Positions 10,014-19,787 are shown, counted from the stretch's first letter. The stretch: 64,000 nt of DNA from Thermoplasmatales archaeon (GCA_027310185.1 DAIDBH010000010.1:19137-83136); one strand, 5' to 3'. Program-made: numbers and translations. The notes: generated by a model not told the origin, from the sequence alone.

Positions 10014-11222
10014 ATGGCAGGAAAGATAAAAGAGATAGAAATATACAATGTAAGCGAGAAAACATCTGAAAAATCATCACCATGGAGTTCTACCATGATC
10101 ATTGTCAAGGTAACAACGAGTGACGGCATAGTTGGATACGGAGAGGCACCAACAACCCTGATGACACTTCCAGTGAAGGAAAGTGCTGAGGAAGTAAAAA
10201 GGGTTTTCCTGAATAAGGATGTAAATGAAATCTACAAAAACACAATGGAGTTTTACAAGCATTCATTCTATCTTTCAAGGTCCATGGAAGCTACATCAGC
10301 CCTGAGTGCTGTGGAAATGGCATGCTGGGATATAGTTGGGAAAAGCTGCAAGGAACCCGTTTACAATCTTCTCGGAGGCAAGATGAGGGATAGTGTCAGG
10401 GCTTACAGCAATGGCTGGTATTCCGATTGTGTCACCGCTGATGACTTCGTAGACAAGGCAAAGGAGATAAGGAAGAAGGGTTTTGATGCCGTAAAGTTCG
10501 ATCCCTTTGGAAATAATTATGATACAATTAACAAGAAAGGACTGGAAAGCGCAGAGAACATTGTTTCAGGTCTAAGGGAATCATTTGGGGACTCCATGGA
10601 CCTGCTAATAGAATTTCATGGAAGATTCTCCATGGAAGCTGCAAAAAAGGCCACACAGATCCTTGAGCCATACGACTGCTTCTTCTTTGAGGAACCCCTT
10701 CATCCTGAACTTGAAATGAGGCTTCCTGAGCTGAGAAGTACTGTGAATACTCCAATAGCACTTGGAGAAAGAGTTCTTAATGCAAGAGATTTCATGAGGA
10801 ATATTGTTGAAGGCAAGGTGGATATAATCCAGCCAGATGTAACGAACTCAAGAGGAATTCTTGAATCCTTCAAGATTGCCACAATTGCTGATGCATGGGG
10901 AATTCCAGTGGCATATCACAATGCCTTTGGACCAGTCCAGACTGCAGCCACCCTTAACCTTGATACAACAATTAATAATTTCATCATACAGGAGAGTTTT
11001 GAGGAATCCTGGCCAGACTGGAAGAAAAAGCTGCTTAAAAGTGGATATAAGCTGGAAAACGGTCATTTCAAGCTATCTGGGAAACCAGGTCTTGGAATTG
11101 AGATGGATGAAAAGTCTTTAAAGGATCATATGGTTAATGGAATGGAACCGTTTGATCCAGAATCACCCCCATGGGTAGTGTCTGGTACATATGTAGGGGA
11201 GGGAACCGATGGAAAGCAATGA
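10014..11222 (+). CDS. Enolase-superfamily (mandelate racemase type) sugar-acid dehydratase, probably gluconate/galactonate dehydratase
   Basis: KxD (KFDPFG), EFHGR, FFEEP, GER, QPD, HNAFGP, QES motifs as in Gad/DgoD. Confidence 0.85.
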   Translation: MAGKIKEIEIYNVSEKTSEKSSPWSSTMIIVKVTTSDGIVGYGEAPTTLMTLPVKESAEEVKRVFLNKDVNEIYKNTMEFYKHSFYLSRSMEATSALSAVEMACWDIVGKSCKEPVYNLLGGKMRDSVRAYSNGWYSDCVTADDFVDKAKEIRKKGFDAVKFDPFGNNYDTINKKGLESAENIVSGLRESFGDSMDLLIEFHGRFSMEAAKKATQILEPYDCFFFEEPLHPELEMRLPELRSTVNTPIALGERVLNARDFMRNIVEGKVDIIQPDVTNSRGILESFKIATIADAWGIPVAYHNAFGPVQTAATLNLDTTINNFIIQESFEESWPDWKKKLLKSGYKLENGHFKLSGKPGLGIEMDEKSLKDHMVNGMEPFDPESPPWVVSGTYVGEGTDGKQ

Positions 11223-12162
11223 GATTGGAATTAAGATAGCCGAACTGCAACAGGTCAAGGAAAACCTGGAAAAAACCATTAAGATGGCAGAAGAGAAGAA
11301 GAGGGAAATAGAAAACATGCTCCAGGGTCTGGTGAAGATAGACTCTGCTTCTGTGCCACAGGTAAAGGTGGAAGAGGCGAAGAAAGTGCTTGTGGATCTG
11401 AAAGAGCCAATGGTACCCAGAAAAAACCAGAAAATTTCAACAGGTATTTCCAAGATAGATGAATTGCTTCTAGGTGGTTTACCCATGCCGTCGAACGTTG
11501 TTCTGTTTGGTGCGCCATTCACCTCGAAGGATATACTTGCAACTAATTTCATGGCTAATTCTATCAAGGAAAACGTTCCAGTGGTAATAATCACAGCAGA
11601 TAAAGATCTTAACCAGGTAAAATATGAAATAGCACAGACGCTCAGTGTAGAACCGGAAGTTGTTGACGGTTTCGAAGATGATGGGATGATTAGGTTTGTT
11701 GACCTTTATTCAAAATCGATCCAGTCCCAGAGCCCGTCAAAAAGAGCGGTTGTTATAGATAACATATCTAACCTCAGCGTTCTTTTGAAATCTGTGGAGA
11801 CCATTGAACAGGAATTGCTCAGGACCTATCCTTTTTACAGACTTGTATTCATTTCTCTTACAGCCTTCGTTCCGCAGTTTGACGAGAAGGTTTTCATGAA
11901 ATTCACGCAGCAGTTCACACAGAAGAGGAAGGCAAACAGGTGCACAGCACTGTATATGCTTGAAGATGGACTCTTTGATCAGAAGGTTTTTGAAACAATC
12001 AGCTACATAATGGATGGCACCATAGAATTCAAGATAGTGAATGCAAAACAGTATGTAAAAGTGGTCGGTTTATCAAATGCAAGAACAAGAGAATGGGTTG
12101 AAGTCTACAACAGGGGAGAAACCTTTGATCTTGGATCCTTCTCACTGGAAAGAGTGAGATAA
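11209..12162 (+). CDS. KaiC/RAD55-like RecA-fold ATPase domain with N-terminal coiled coil, Walker A degenerate
   Basis: ISTGISKIDELLLGGLP entry motif; GAPFTSKD in place of GxxGxGK[T/S]; YIMDGTIEF near the C-terminus. Confidence 0.82.
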   Translation: MESNEIGIKIAELQQVKENLEKTIKMAEEKKREIENMLQGLVKIDSASVPQVKVEEAKKVLVDLKEPMVPRKNQKISTGISKIDELLLGGLPMPSNVVLFGAPFTSKDILATNFMANSIKENVPVVIITADKDLNQVKYEIAQTLSVEPEVVDGFEDDGMIRFVDLYSKSIQSQSPSKRAVVIDNISNLSVLLKSVETIEQELLRTYPFYRLVFISLTAFVPQFDEKVFMKFTQQFTQKRKANRCTALYMLEDGLFDQKVFETISYIMDGTIEFKIVNAKQYVKVVGLSNARTREWVEVYNRGETFDLGSFSLERVR

Positions 12163-12203
12163 ACCAAATTTTTGTCCACTCACCTTAGTTTCAGATTAAT
12201 TTT

Positions 12204-12265
12204 AACCGCTCAGTCTGCCTGTCATTCATCACAAATCAGTCAAGGCTGAATTCATCACAGCGGTT
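12204..12265 (-). ncRNA. Box C/D 2'-O-methylation guide sRNA
   Basis: Minus strand AACCGCT-GTGATGA(C)-ATTCAGCCTTGA-CTGA(D')-TTT-GTGATGA(C')-ATGACAGGCAGA-CTGA(D)-GCGGTT: four consensus boxes, two 12-nt guides, terminal stem AACCGC/GCGGTT. Confidence 0.92.
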
Positions 12266-12410
12266 GTATAGGTATTGGATACCTTTTCTTAAGTGTTCGC
12301 TGTCCTGGTTCCAGATAATACAAGTTCGTGAAAGCAAGATAGATGACTAAAAGATGGACATATTATTTCTGCTCACCATATGTTAAAATATTTCCCACGC
12401 ATCAATATCT

Positions 12411-13700
12411 ATGGATAAATTTTTCAAGGATGCGTTGGAAATCAGGGAACTTGCAAAGGAACATAATAAACTGTTTGAAGAAAGCGTTCCCCTGATCGCC
12501 TCAGAAAATGTGATGAGTCCGCTTGCAATGGAGATGCTTCTCACTGACTTTGGTCACAGGTATGCAGAAGGGTTGCCTCACCAGAGATACTACCAGGGAA
12601 ACTTCTTTGTAGATCAGCTTGAAGATAAGGTTATAGAACTGGGAAAGAAGCTGTATAATGCACCACAGTTTGACCCCAGGCCAGTATCTGGAACAAATGC
12701 TAATATGGGAGTTATTTTTGGGCTTACAAAACCCATGGAGAAGATCTGTGCCCCAGATCTTTCAGGTGGTGGCCATATAAGTGCTGCAAAATTCGGCGCA
12801 CTTGGATTCAGGGGTCTTGATATCGTGAATTACCCATATGATGAGGAAACAATGACTATTGATGTTGACGGTGCAAGAAAAACAATTCTTGAGACAAAGC
12901 CAAATTTGTGTTTATTCGGGCAATCTGTATTCTTATTCCCTGCACCGCTGAAGGAACTGAGAGACACCTTTCAGGAAGTTGGCTGCAAGGTGTGGTATGA
13001 TGGTGCCCACGTAGCAGGACTAATAGCAGGAAAGAAGTTCCAGGATCCCCTGAGAGAAGGGGCTGATGTCATAACTGGTTCTACTCACAAAACCCTTCCT
13101 GGGCCTCAGCATGGCATGGTAATTGGGAATACTGATGACAGGACATGGAAAAAGGTTCAGAAGGGAGTATTCCCTGGAGTCCTGAGCAATCATCATCTTA
13201 ATACAATGGCAGCTCTCGGTATAACACTCGCAGAAATGTTGGATTATGGAGAAGCATATGCACAGAAGATAATAGATAATGCAAGAACTCTTGCAGAGGA
13301 GCTTCACGCGCTTGGTATGGATGTCCTGGCAGAGAAAAGAGGTTTTACAAGATCACACACACTGGTGGCTGATGTTAGAAAATTCGGAGGGGGGAAGGAA
13401 GTTGCTGAAAAGCTTGAAAGATGTAACATCATACTAAACAAGAACCTCATTCCTGTTGATAAAAATAGAAATTCACAGGATCCAAGTGGCATAAGAATTG
13501 GAACTCAGGAGATCACAAGAATAGGATTTGAAAAGAATGATGTTAAAGCCCTTGCAGAAATTATGATGAAGATCCTCAATAACAATCTCAGTGAAGAAAA
13601 AGCAAAAGAAGAGGTCATGAATTTGAAATCCGGGTTTAAAGAAGTTAAATTCTGTTATGGAAAGGCAAATCCATATGAATATATAGAATTATTCAAATAA
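12411..13700 (+). CDS. glyA: Serine hydroxymethyltransferase
   Basis: LIASEN, RYAEG, YDGAH and PLP-lysine motif STHKTLPGP. Confidence 0.97.
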   Translation: MDKFFKDALEIRELAKEHNKLFEESVPLIASENVMSPLAMEMLLTDFGHRYAEGLPHQRYYQGNFFVDQLEDKVIELGKKLYNAPQFDPRPVSGTNANMGVIFGLTKPMEKICAPDLSGGGHISAAKFGALGFRGLDIVNYPYDEETMTIDVDGARKTILETKPNLCLFGQSVFLFPAPLKELRDTFQEVGCKVWYDGAHVAGLIAGKKFQDPLREGADVITGSTHKTLPGPQHGMVIGNTDDRTWKKVQKGVFPGVLSNHHLNTMAALGITLAEMLDYGEAYAQKIIDNARTLAEELHALGMDVLAEKRGFTRSHTLVADVRKFGGGKEVAEKLERCNIILNKNLIPVDKNRNSQDPSGIRIGTQEITRIGFEKNDVKALAEIMMKILNNNLSEEKAKEEVMNLKSGFKEVKFCYGKANPYEYIELFK

Positions 13701-13773
13701 TTTTTTCATTTAACCATACATAAATCAATCAAGTATTTCATAACTATTTTTAACCTATTCAAAATGCTGTTGT

Positions 13774-14397
13774 GTGAAGATTGGTGTAATTGGGTTCCAG
13801 GGTGATGTGGAAGAGCATATCAATATCCTGAAGAGGCTCCATGATAAGGGAGAAGATATAGAACCAGTAAGGGTGAAGAATAAAGATCAGTTAAGGGAAG
13901 TTTCCGCCATAATAATACCAGGAGGAGAAAGTACAACTATTTATAAGCTCATAAAAGAGTATGGAATTTATGAAGATATAATAAGTTCTGTGAAGGGAGG
14001 GAAACCATTAATGGGTACCTGTGCTGGTATCATTCTGGCGTCAGCAAAAACCAATGATACAAGAGTTGAAGGAATGGGTTTGCTTGATGTTGAGATAGAA
14101 AGGAATGCCTACGGAAGGCAGGGAGAATCTTTCATTGATTATGTTGAAATTAAAAATGTTGGGAACTACATGGCTGTTTTTATAAGAGCCCCAATTATTA
14201 AATCAGTTAACCATGGTGATATAATGGCATACCAGGCTGGAAAACCAGTAATGGTAAAAGATGGAAATGTCCTAGGACTCACGTTTCATCCAGAATTAAC
14301 AGATGATACGAGGATACATGAATATTTTATAAAGATGATAGGGGGAGAGGGGGGTATTTCCAATGGAACAAATGAAGAGAGGGTGACTGTAAAATGA
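13774..14397 (+). CDS. pdxT: Pyridoxal 5'-phosphate synthase glutaminase subunit
   Basis: QGDVEEH, PGGESTT, GTCAG, RNAYGRQ, FIRAP, FHPEL. Confidence 0.96.
   Translation: MKIGVIGFQGDVEEHINILKRLHDKGEDIEPVRVKNKDQLREVSAIIIPGGESTTIYKLIKEYGIYEDIISSVKGGKPLMGTCAGIILASAKTNDTRVEGMGLLDVEIERNAYGRQGESFIDYVEIKNVGNYMAVFIRAPIIKSVNHGDIMAYQAGKPVMVKDGNVLGLTFHPELTDDTRIHEYFIKMIGGEGGISNGTNEERVTVK
14341..14369 (-). repeat. ORB-like element, left copy (inverted relative to 15444-15472)
   Basis: Minus strand GTTCCATTGGAAATACCCCCCTCTCCCCC. Core resembles archaeal ORB TCCAnTnGAAA; lies within the pdxT 3' end. Confidence 0.6.
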
Positions 14398-15443
14398 GAA
14401 CGATTCTATACGATGAACATGTAAAAATGAATGCAAATATTGTCGACTTTCACGGTTGGGATATGCCACTATATTATGAATCAATAATAAAGGAACATAT
14501 GTATGTTAGACAGAAGTGTGGAGTTTTTGATGTTTCCCATATGGGTGACGTATTCATAACCGGTGCAGGGGCTGAAGAAACTCTCATGAAACTTCTACCA
14601 TCAGATATATCAAAAATGAATGATGGAGACTGTTTATACACTGCGTTCCTCAATAATGATGGAAATATGATTGATGATACAATAATATATAGATTTAGTA
14701 AACAAAAATTTCTATGTGTTCCCAATGCTGCAACCACAGACAGGATACTGGATCATATAATAAAAAATAAGATGAACAACTGTGAAGTTAAGAATTCTTC
14801 AAATGAATTATCATGTATAGCAATTCAGGGTAAGGATTCTGTAGATATCATGAAACATCTCGACTTAAAGTTTCCAGAACCTTTCAAGTTTTACGAAGAA
14901 AAAGGAATGATAATTTCAGGCACTGGATATACCGGTGAAACAGGATGTGAAATAATTATAAGAAATAGTGAAGCAGTGAATTTATGGGAAAAAATAGTGA
15001 ATGACTTGCGGAAGATTGGATGCGGTCCATGTGGTTTGGGTGCCAGAGATACATTGAGAATGGAAAAGGGAATGCTTCTTTCAGGCCAGGACTTCAATTC
15101 AGATAGAAATCCATATGAAGCTTCTGTTTCCTTCATTGTAAATAATGATCATGAGTATATTGGAAAAGAGAATCTTTTATCAAAACAGAAACCTGAAAGA
15201 ATATTCAGAGGAATTGTGATGGATGAAAAGGGTTCATTTCCAAGACATGGTAATTTAATTTATGATGAATCTGGCAAGGAAATAGGTCTAATCACAAGTG
15301 GCAGTATTTCACCAATTCTTGGAAAGGGAATAGGCCTCGGTTACATAAACAGGAATAATTCAAAAAGTGATACTTCAATCATGGTTGGTATAAGGGATAA
15401 AAAATTCAATGGAAAAGTTTCAAGGCCAAGGATAGTTCCTTAG
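14394..15443 (+). CDS. gcvT: Glycine cleavage system aminomethyltransferase T
   Basis: FHGWDMP, FDVSHMG, GYTGETG, GLGARDTLRMEKG. Confidence 0.95.
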   Translation: MRTILYDEHVKMNANIVDFHGWDMPLYYESIIKEHMYVRQKCGVFDVSHMGDVFITGAGAEETLMKLLPSDISKMNDGDCLYTAFLNNDGNMIDDTIIYRFSKQKFLCVPNAATTDRILDHIIKNKMNNCEVKNSSNELSCIAIQGKDSVDIMKHLDLKFPEPFKFYEEKGMIISGTGYTGETGCEIIIRNSEAVNLWEKIVNDLRKIGCGPCGLGARDTLRMEKGMLLSGQDFNSDRNPYEASVSFIVNNDHEYIGKENLLSKQKPERIFRGIVMDEKGSFPRHGNLIYDESGKEIGLITSGSISPILGKGIGLGYINRNNSKSDTSIMVGIRDKKFNGKVSRPRIVP

Positions 15444-15472
15444 GCTCCACTTGAAACATACCCCCCTCCCCC
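15444..15472 (+). repeat. ORB-like element, right copy
   Basis: GCTCCACTTGAAACATACCCCCCTCCCCC directly after the gcvT stop; imperfect inverted repeat of 14341-14369. Confidence 0.6.
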
Positions 15473-15639
15473 TAATATAATTGATTTACAATTTCTTCTT
15501 TCTTCTTTTTCCAGAGATCTATTTCATAATTATAATATCCCTGCTGGTCTCTATTCTGTCTGATCTGGTCAAGCCTCTCATTAACATAGGCGAGCTCACC
15601 CTGGAGCTTCATTCTCATTTGTTTATCTACAACAGGCAT
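15472..15639 (-). CDS. Small hypothetical protein (55 aa, helical/charged)
   Basis: Hand translation MPVVDKQMRMKLQGELAYVNERLDQIRQNRDQQGYYNYEIDLWKKKKEEIVNQLY*. Fills the intergenic gap; below the ORF-track cutoff. Confidence 0.6.
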   Translation of the reverse strand: MPVVDKQMRMKLQGELAYVNERLDQIRQNRDQQGYYNYEIDLWKKKKEEIVNQLY

Positions 15640-15694
15640 GATCTGTAATTGCAGATTATATGAATAAGTTTACTATTTTATGGAATGTTTTTTT

Positions 15695-15720
15695 ATATGT
15701 TATCAAATATGATAACATAT
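15695..15720. promoter_or_regulatory. Perfect 11-bp inverted repeat, candidate operator between the small ORF and nrdJ
   Basis: ATATGTTATCA-AATA-TGATAACATAT. Confidence 0.45.
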
Positions 15721-15819
15721 TGTTACCTTTTTCAAAATTAATTTTGATATTTATAATGGTATTAAAATTGCTATCAGTGTTACATTAAAATTAAATAGAA
15801 ACACAACATCTAATTTGTA

Positions 15820-18171
15820 ATGATAAAATCAATCAAAAAAAGAGACGGAAAGATCGAGGATTTCGATCAAACAAAAATATCAAGGGCAATCTACAAAGCA
15901 ATGCTTTCATTGAAGTTCGGTAATATGCACGATGCAGAAATTCTATCTGATAAAGTAGTGAAGGAATTGAGTGCAAGGAAGGAAATTCCAACAGTAGAGA
16001 ATATACAGGACACAGTAGAATCTGTTCTTATGGAAACACAAATAGATGGAAGAAAATTCAACGAGGTTGCAAAGGCTTACATACTATACAGGGAAAAGAG
16101 GAGATTCATCAGAGAGGAGAAGGAAAGGCTTGGTGTGAAAGATGATCTCAAATTAACCCTGAATGCTGTAAAGGTTCTTGAAGCCAGATATTTACTCAAG
16201 GACGAGGAAGGCAAGATCATAGAAACTCCTGACCAGATGTTCAGGAGAGTGGCAAACCACGTTGGAGTTATTGATGCGCTTTATGATTACGCCAACTACC
16301 AGAAAAAAGGAACAGTAAGGGAGGATGGAAAGAAGATATCAAACCTCTTAAACACCCAGATTGAAGTTCTTGAAAGAGGATTCAATGAGCTTGTAAATGA
16401 TGGTGTACTGAAAGGAACGTTTGGACAGTTCATGGATTTCATATACACAAAGCCAACCAGTGCAGAGGACACAATTGAAAAATTCCACAAAATGATGAAG
16501 AGCCTGGAATATGTTCCAAACTCACCAACAATGATGAATGCAGGTGCAAGACTGGGTCAGCTTTCAGCATGTTTCGTTCTACCAGTTGGAGACAGTATAG
16601 AAGAAATTTTCGAAGCAGTGAAACAGACAGCAGAAATTCACAAGTCTGGAGGAGGTACAGGGTTCTCATTCTCCAGACTGAGAAATAAGGATGACATTGT
16701 TGGTTCTACCAAGGGAGTAGCATCAGGCCCGGTATCATTCATGAAAATTTTCGATACCACAACAGAAGTCATTAAGCAGGGAGGAAAGAGAAGAGGAGCC
16801 AACATGGGAATCCTCAGGTATGATCATCCAGACATAATGGAATTCATAACAAGCAAGGACTCTGAAAATACCATTCTTAGAAATTTCAACATTTCAGTGG
16901 GAATGGAAGACGAATTCTTTGAAAAACTTGACAGTGACGGATATGTTGATCTCAAGAACCCGAAGACTGGAAAGGTCGTATCAAGAATAAAGGCAAGAAC
17001 CATGTGGGATTCCATAATAACTCATGCATGGAAAACTGCGGACCCTGGACTGATTTTCCTTGATGAAATCAACAGGGCAAATCCTGTAAAAAATATAGCG
17101 GATATCGAGGCAACAAACCCATGTGGTGAACAGCCTCTCATGCCATATGAATCATGCAATCTTGGATCAATAAATCTCGCAAAGTTTGTCAAGGAAGACA
17201 ACACAATTGACTGGGAAAGATTGAGGGACACAGTTCATTTATCAACAAGATTCCTTGATAATGTTGTGGATGCCAATAACTTTCCAGTTAGGCAGATAAA
17301 GGAAATGACAAGAAAAACAAGAAAGATTGGACTTGGAATAATGGGCTTTGCAGATATGCTCATCATGCTGGGTGTTCCATATGACAGTGAGGAAGCATTG
17401 AAGATAGCTGAGAATGTAATGAGCTTCCTGGATATAGAATCACACAAGGAATCTCAGAATCTTGCTAACGAAAGGGGAGTATTCCCGGGATGGTATGGTT
17501 CAGAATATGAAAAGGAAGACATACTCATGAGGAACTCCACAACCACAACAATAGCACCAACAGGTACAATTTCCATTATAGCTGGTTGTTCTTCCTCAAT
17601 AGAACCTCTCTTTGCTATCGCATTCATGAGGCATGTATTGAATGGCCAGGAGCTTATCGAAGTGAACCCACTGTTTGAAGAGGTAATGAAAAAGAGAAAT
17701 CTATACTCTGAGAAGCTGATGCAGGATGTAGCAACAACTGGAAACCTTTCAAAGATAGACCTTCCCCTGGATCTCAAGAGACTCTTCAAAACTGCCCACG
17801 AGATTGATCCAGAATGGCATGTACTGATGCAGGCAACATTCCAGAAATATTGTGACTCAGGTGTTTCAAAGACAATCAATCTGCCTAACGATGCAACACC
17901 GGAAGATATCGGTAAGGCTTACAGGCTGGCCAAGGACCTTCACTGCAAAGGAATAACTGTGTACAGGGACAGAAGCAAGACAGAACAGGTTCTATATTCT
18001 GGAACATCGGGTAAGAAGGAGGAAGCTTCAAAAGAAGAGAAAAAGGAAAAAATCGCCATTATAGAAAAGATGACCTCTGAGGGAAAGGAGAGAAAGAAGA
18101 TGGATACTAAGTACCTCAGACTTGAGGCTACTTTCGATCCAGCATGCCCAGACGGAAAGTGCGATAAGTAG
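15820..18171 (+). CDS. nrdJ: Adenosylcobalamin-dependent (class II) ribonucleotide reductase with N-terminal ATP cone
   Basis: IKKRDG ATP cone, PNSPT, LSACFV, TNPCGEQ, CNLGSIN, IAPTGT, C-terminal Cys pair CPDGKC. Confidence 0.95.
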   Translation: MIKSIKKRDGKIEDFDQTKISRAIYKAMLSLKFGNMHDAEILSDKVVKELSARKEIPTVENIQDTVESVLMETQIDGRKFNEVAKAYILYREKRRFIREEKERLGVKDDLKLTLNAVKVLEARYLLKDEEGKIIETPDQMFRRVANHVGVIDALYDYANYQKKGTVREDGKKISNLLNTQIEVLERGFNELVNDGVLKGTFGQFMDFIYTKPTSAEDTIEKFHKMMKSLEYVPNSPTMMNAGARLGQLSACFVLPVGDSIEEIFEAVKQTAEIHKSGGGTGFSFSRLRNKDDIVGSTKGVASGPVSFMKIFDTTTEVIKQGGKRRGANMGILRYDHPDIMEFITSKDSENTILRNFNISVGMEDEFFEKLDSDGYVDLKNPKTGKVVSRIKARTMWDSIITHAWKTADPGLIFLDEINRANPVKNIADIEATNPCGEQPLMPYESCNLGSINLAKFVKEDNTIDWERLRDTVHLSTRFLDNVVDANNFPVRQIKEMTRKTRKIGLGIMGFADMLIMLGVPYDSEEALKIAENVMSFLDIESHKESQNLANERGVFPGWYGSEYEKEDILMRNSTTTTIAPTGTISIIAGCSSSIEPLFAIAFMRHVLNGQELIEVNPLFEEVMKKRNLYSEKLMQDVATTGNLSKIDLPLDLKRLFKTAHEIDPEWHVLMQATFQKYCDSGVSKTINLPNDATPEDIGKAYRLAKDLHCKGITVYRDRSKTEQVLYSGTSGKKEEASKEEKKEKIAIIEKMTSEGKERKKMDTKYLRLEATFDPACPDGKCDK

Positions 18172-18482
18172 TGGGCTTCCAGGAGATTAAGGAGGAGGTA
18201 ATATCCAGAAAACTCCTCAATTATTCGGATGAAATACACACATTAAAACCATTGATCAACGAGATGCTTATAGGTCTGTCAAGAAAGAATATATTTCTGA
18301 CTGCTGTTAGAGATTACAGCAACGATTTCAACGTAAGGGAATTTTCAATTTTTCTTGAATCACTTCTGGAGGGAAAGGGAGATGAATACCAGAAGAAACT
18401 CTATTACGAAGAAAATTTTGATGGAATAATCCAATCATCAATAGAATGGATAAAGGGTCATACAAAAGAAAACAAGATCTGA
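18171..18482 (+). CDS. Hypothetical protein, translationally coupled to nrdJ
   Basis: 103-aa ORF whose GTG overlaps the nrdJ stop; normal codon style. Confidence 0.65.
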   Translation: MGFQEIKEEVISRKLLNYSDEIHTLKPLINEMLIGLSRKNIFLTAVRDYSNDFNVREFSIFLESLLEGKGDEYQKKLYYEENFDGIIQSSIEWIKGHTKENKI

Positions 18483-18539
18483 TAAATCATAATCAATGTA
18501 AAAAGAAAATCTTATTAGCGCAAAACTCATTTATCTGTA

Positions 18540-19025
18540 TTGGCAATAGAATCATTCCTAAACAGTAATGTCACGGTGGTGTACGATGGCAACATGACCC
18601 GCCTAGTCTGTACTCTTCTTACCTATGATGACATGGGCATAATGGTAGCTTATCGAAATCACAAGTTATTCATCCCGTGGAGATTTATTGAGGAAATAAG
18701 GGATGTAACGGAACAGGACAGAATTGAAGACTCAAACAAAATGAAAGAGGAAACGAAGAAAAAGACAAATCCTGTGATCATCTTTTCTATCACAACACTG
18801 TTCATAGGTGGTCTAGTTACTTATCTTGCCTACACATTCCTGAGCCAAATACCACAGTATGGTTTTCAGAGAGGAGTGACCGCGGCAATTGCATCACCAA
18901 TAATAGTTGTAGGGATTCTAGGAACGTTCCTGGCAATGTTTGCAGGAAAGGGAAAAATAGCCACAGTTCTTTCAATGGTTTCGGTAATCGCCGTAGTAAT
19001 AATATTGATATTTTTTGGCTCCTGA
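18540..19025 (+). CDS. Membrane protein with a possible N-terminal Sm/Hfq-like domain and about 3 TM helices
   Basis: N-terminal FLNSNVTVVY...CTLLTYDD...LFIPWRFIEEI pattern; hydrophobic C-terminal half. Confidence 0.65.
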   Translation: MAIESFLNSNVTVVYDGNMTRLVCTLLTYDDMGIMVAYRNHKLFIPWRFIEEIRDVTEQDRIEDSNKMKEETKKKTNPVIIFSITTLFIGGLVTYLAYTFLSQIPQYGFQRGVTAAIASPIIVVGILGTFLAMFAGKGKIATVLSMVSVIAVVIILIFFGS

Positions 19026-19041
19026 AAATCTCAAAATTTTA

Positions 19042-19746
19042 CTATGAGGTTTCAGGCACATTGAGTTTCTTCAGTCCATGTATTGAAAAGGCATAAACCG
19101 CCAGGAAGAAGACAATGAAGAACGGTATTATCAAAAGCTCATCTATAGGTTTCACAGTTTCTATGTACCAGAATGCGGAAAATGAGAACAGTAAGGATGA
19201 AACGACCACTTTCATTATTGCCTGCTTGATCTTCCTTATCTGTGATCTCAATACTATGGAGAAAACTATTACAATTCCAATTCCGAGGAATATTCCATAT
19301 GCAGTAGAGGAATAACTTTCAGGATAGAGCCCAACAAGTACAATAGCAGCCTCGAAAGCTTCTATAACTCCGGCTGTGTAAGCTGTAAGGGAAACACCAG
19401 AATCAGTTGGCTCTTCCTTATGGGATTTGGGGAAGCTTTTCAGGTGCTGAAATTTCATGGACCTTTTGGCACTCTTGGCCAGTCTTTGAGCGAAATACAG
19501 CAGGAGAGTGGCGGAAACAAGTCTCACATAAATCAGTGGAAGCAGTGAAATTGCACTACCTATAAATGCCGTAGGAATAAGAACAGTAATTACGCCAAGA
19601 GACGCAGCCAGTAGTGGAATATTGCTCTTAGCATCAACTGACAGGGACATGGAAATTGCAGATGCTTCTGACATTTCCAGTACTATTATACCAGTTGCTG
19701 CAAGGAATATGGCAGGATCGAAATATGACACGTTGCAGCATGACAT
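19042..19746 (-). CDS. COG4280/GDT1-FTR1-like membrane protein (putative cation transporter)
   Basis: Two repeated halves, each opening with an intramembrane ExxE motif (VLEMSEAS; VIEAFEAA); 6-7 TM segments. Confidence 0.7.
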   Translation of the reverse strand: MSCCNVSYFDPAIFLAATGIIVLEMSEASAISMSLSVDAKSNIPLLAASLGVITVLIPTAFIGSAISLLPLIYVRLVSATLLLYFAQRLAKSAKRSMKFQHLKSFPKSHKEEPTDSGVSLTAYTAGVIEAFEAAIVLVGLYPESYSSTAYGIFLGIGIVIVFSIVLRSQIRKIKQAIMKVVVSSLLFSFSAFWYIETVKPIDELLIIPFFIVFFLAVYAFSIHGLKKLNVPETS

Positions 19747-19787
19747 TCAAATTAAAAAGTTTTTATGTTACGACACTATGGCAATTA

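Noticed and set aside
16260-16480. Extra segment in NrdJ considered as a possible intein
   Set aside because: Too short, and lacks the C/S start and HN-C/S/T end motifs.
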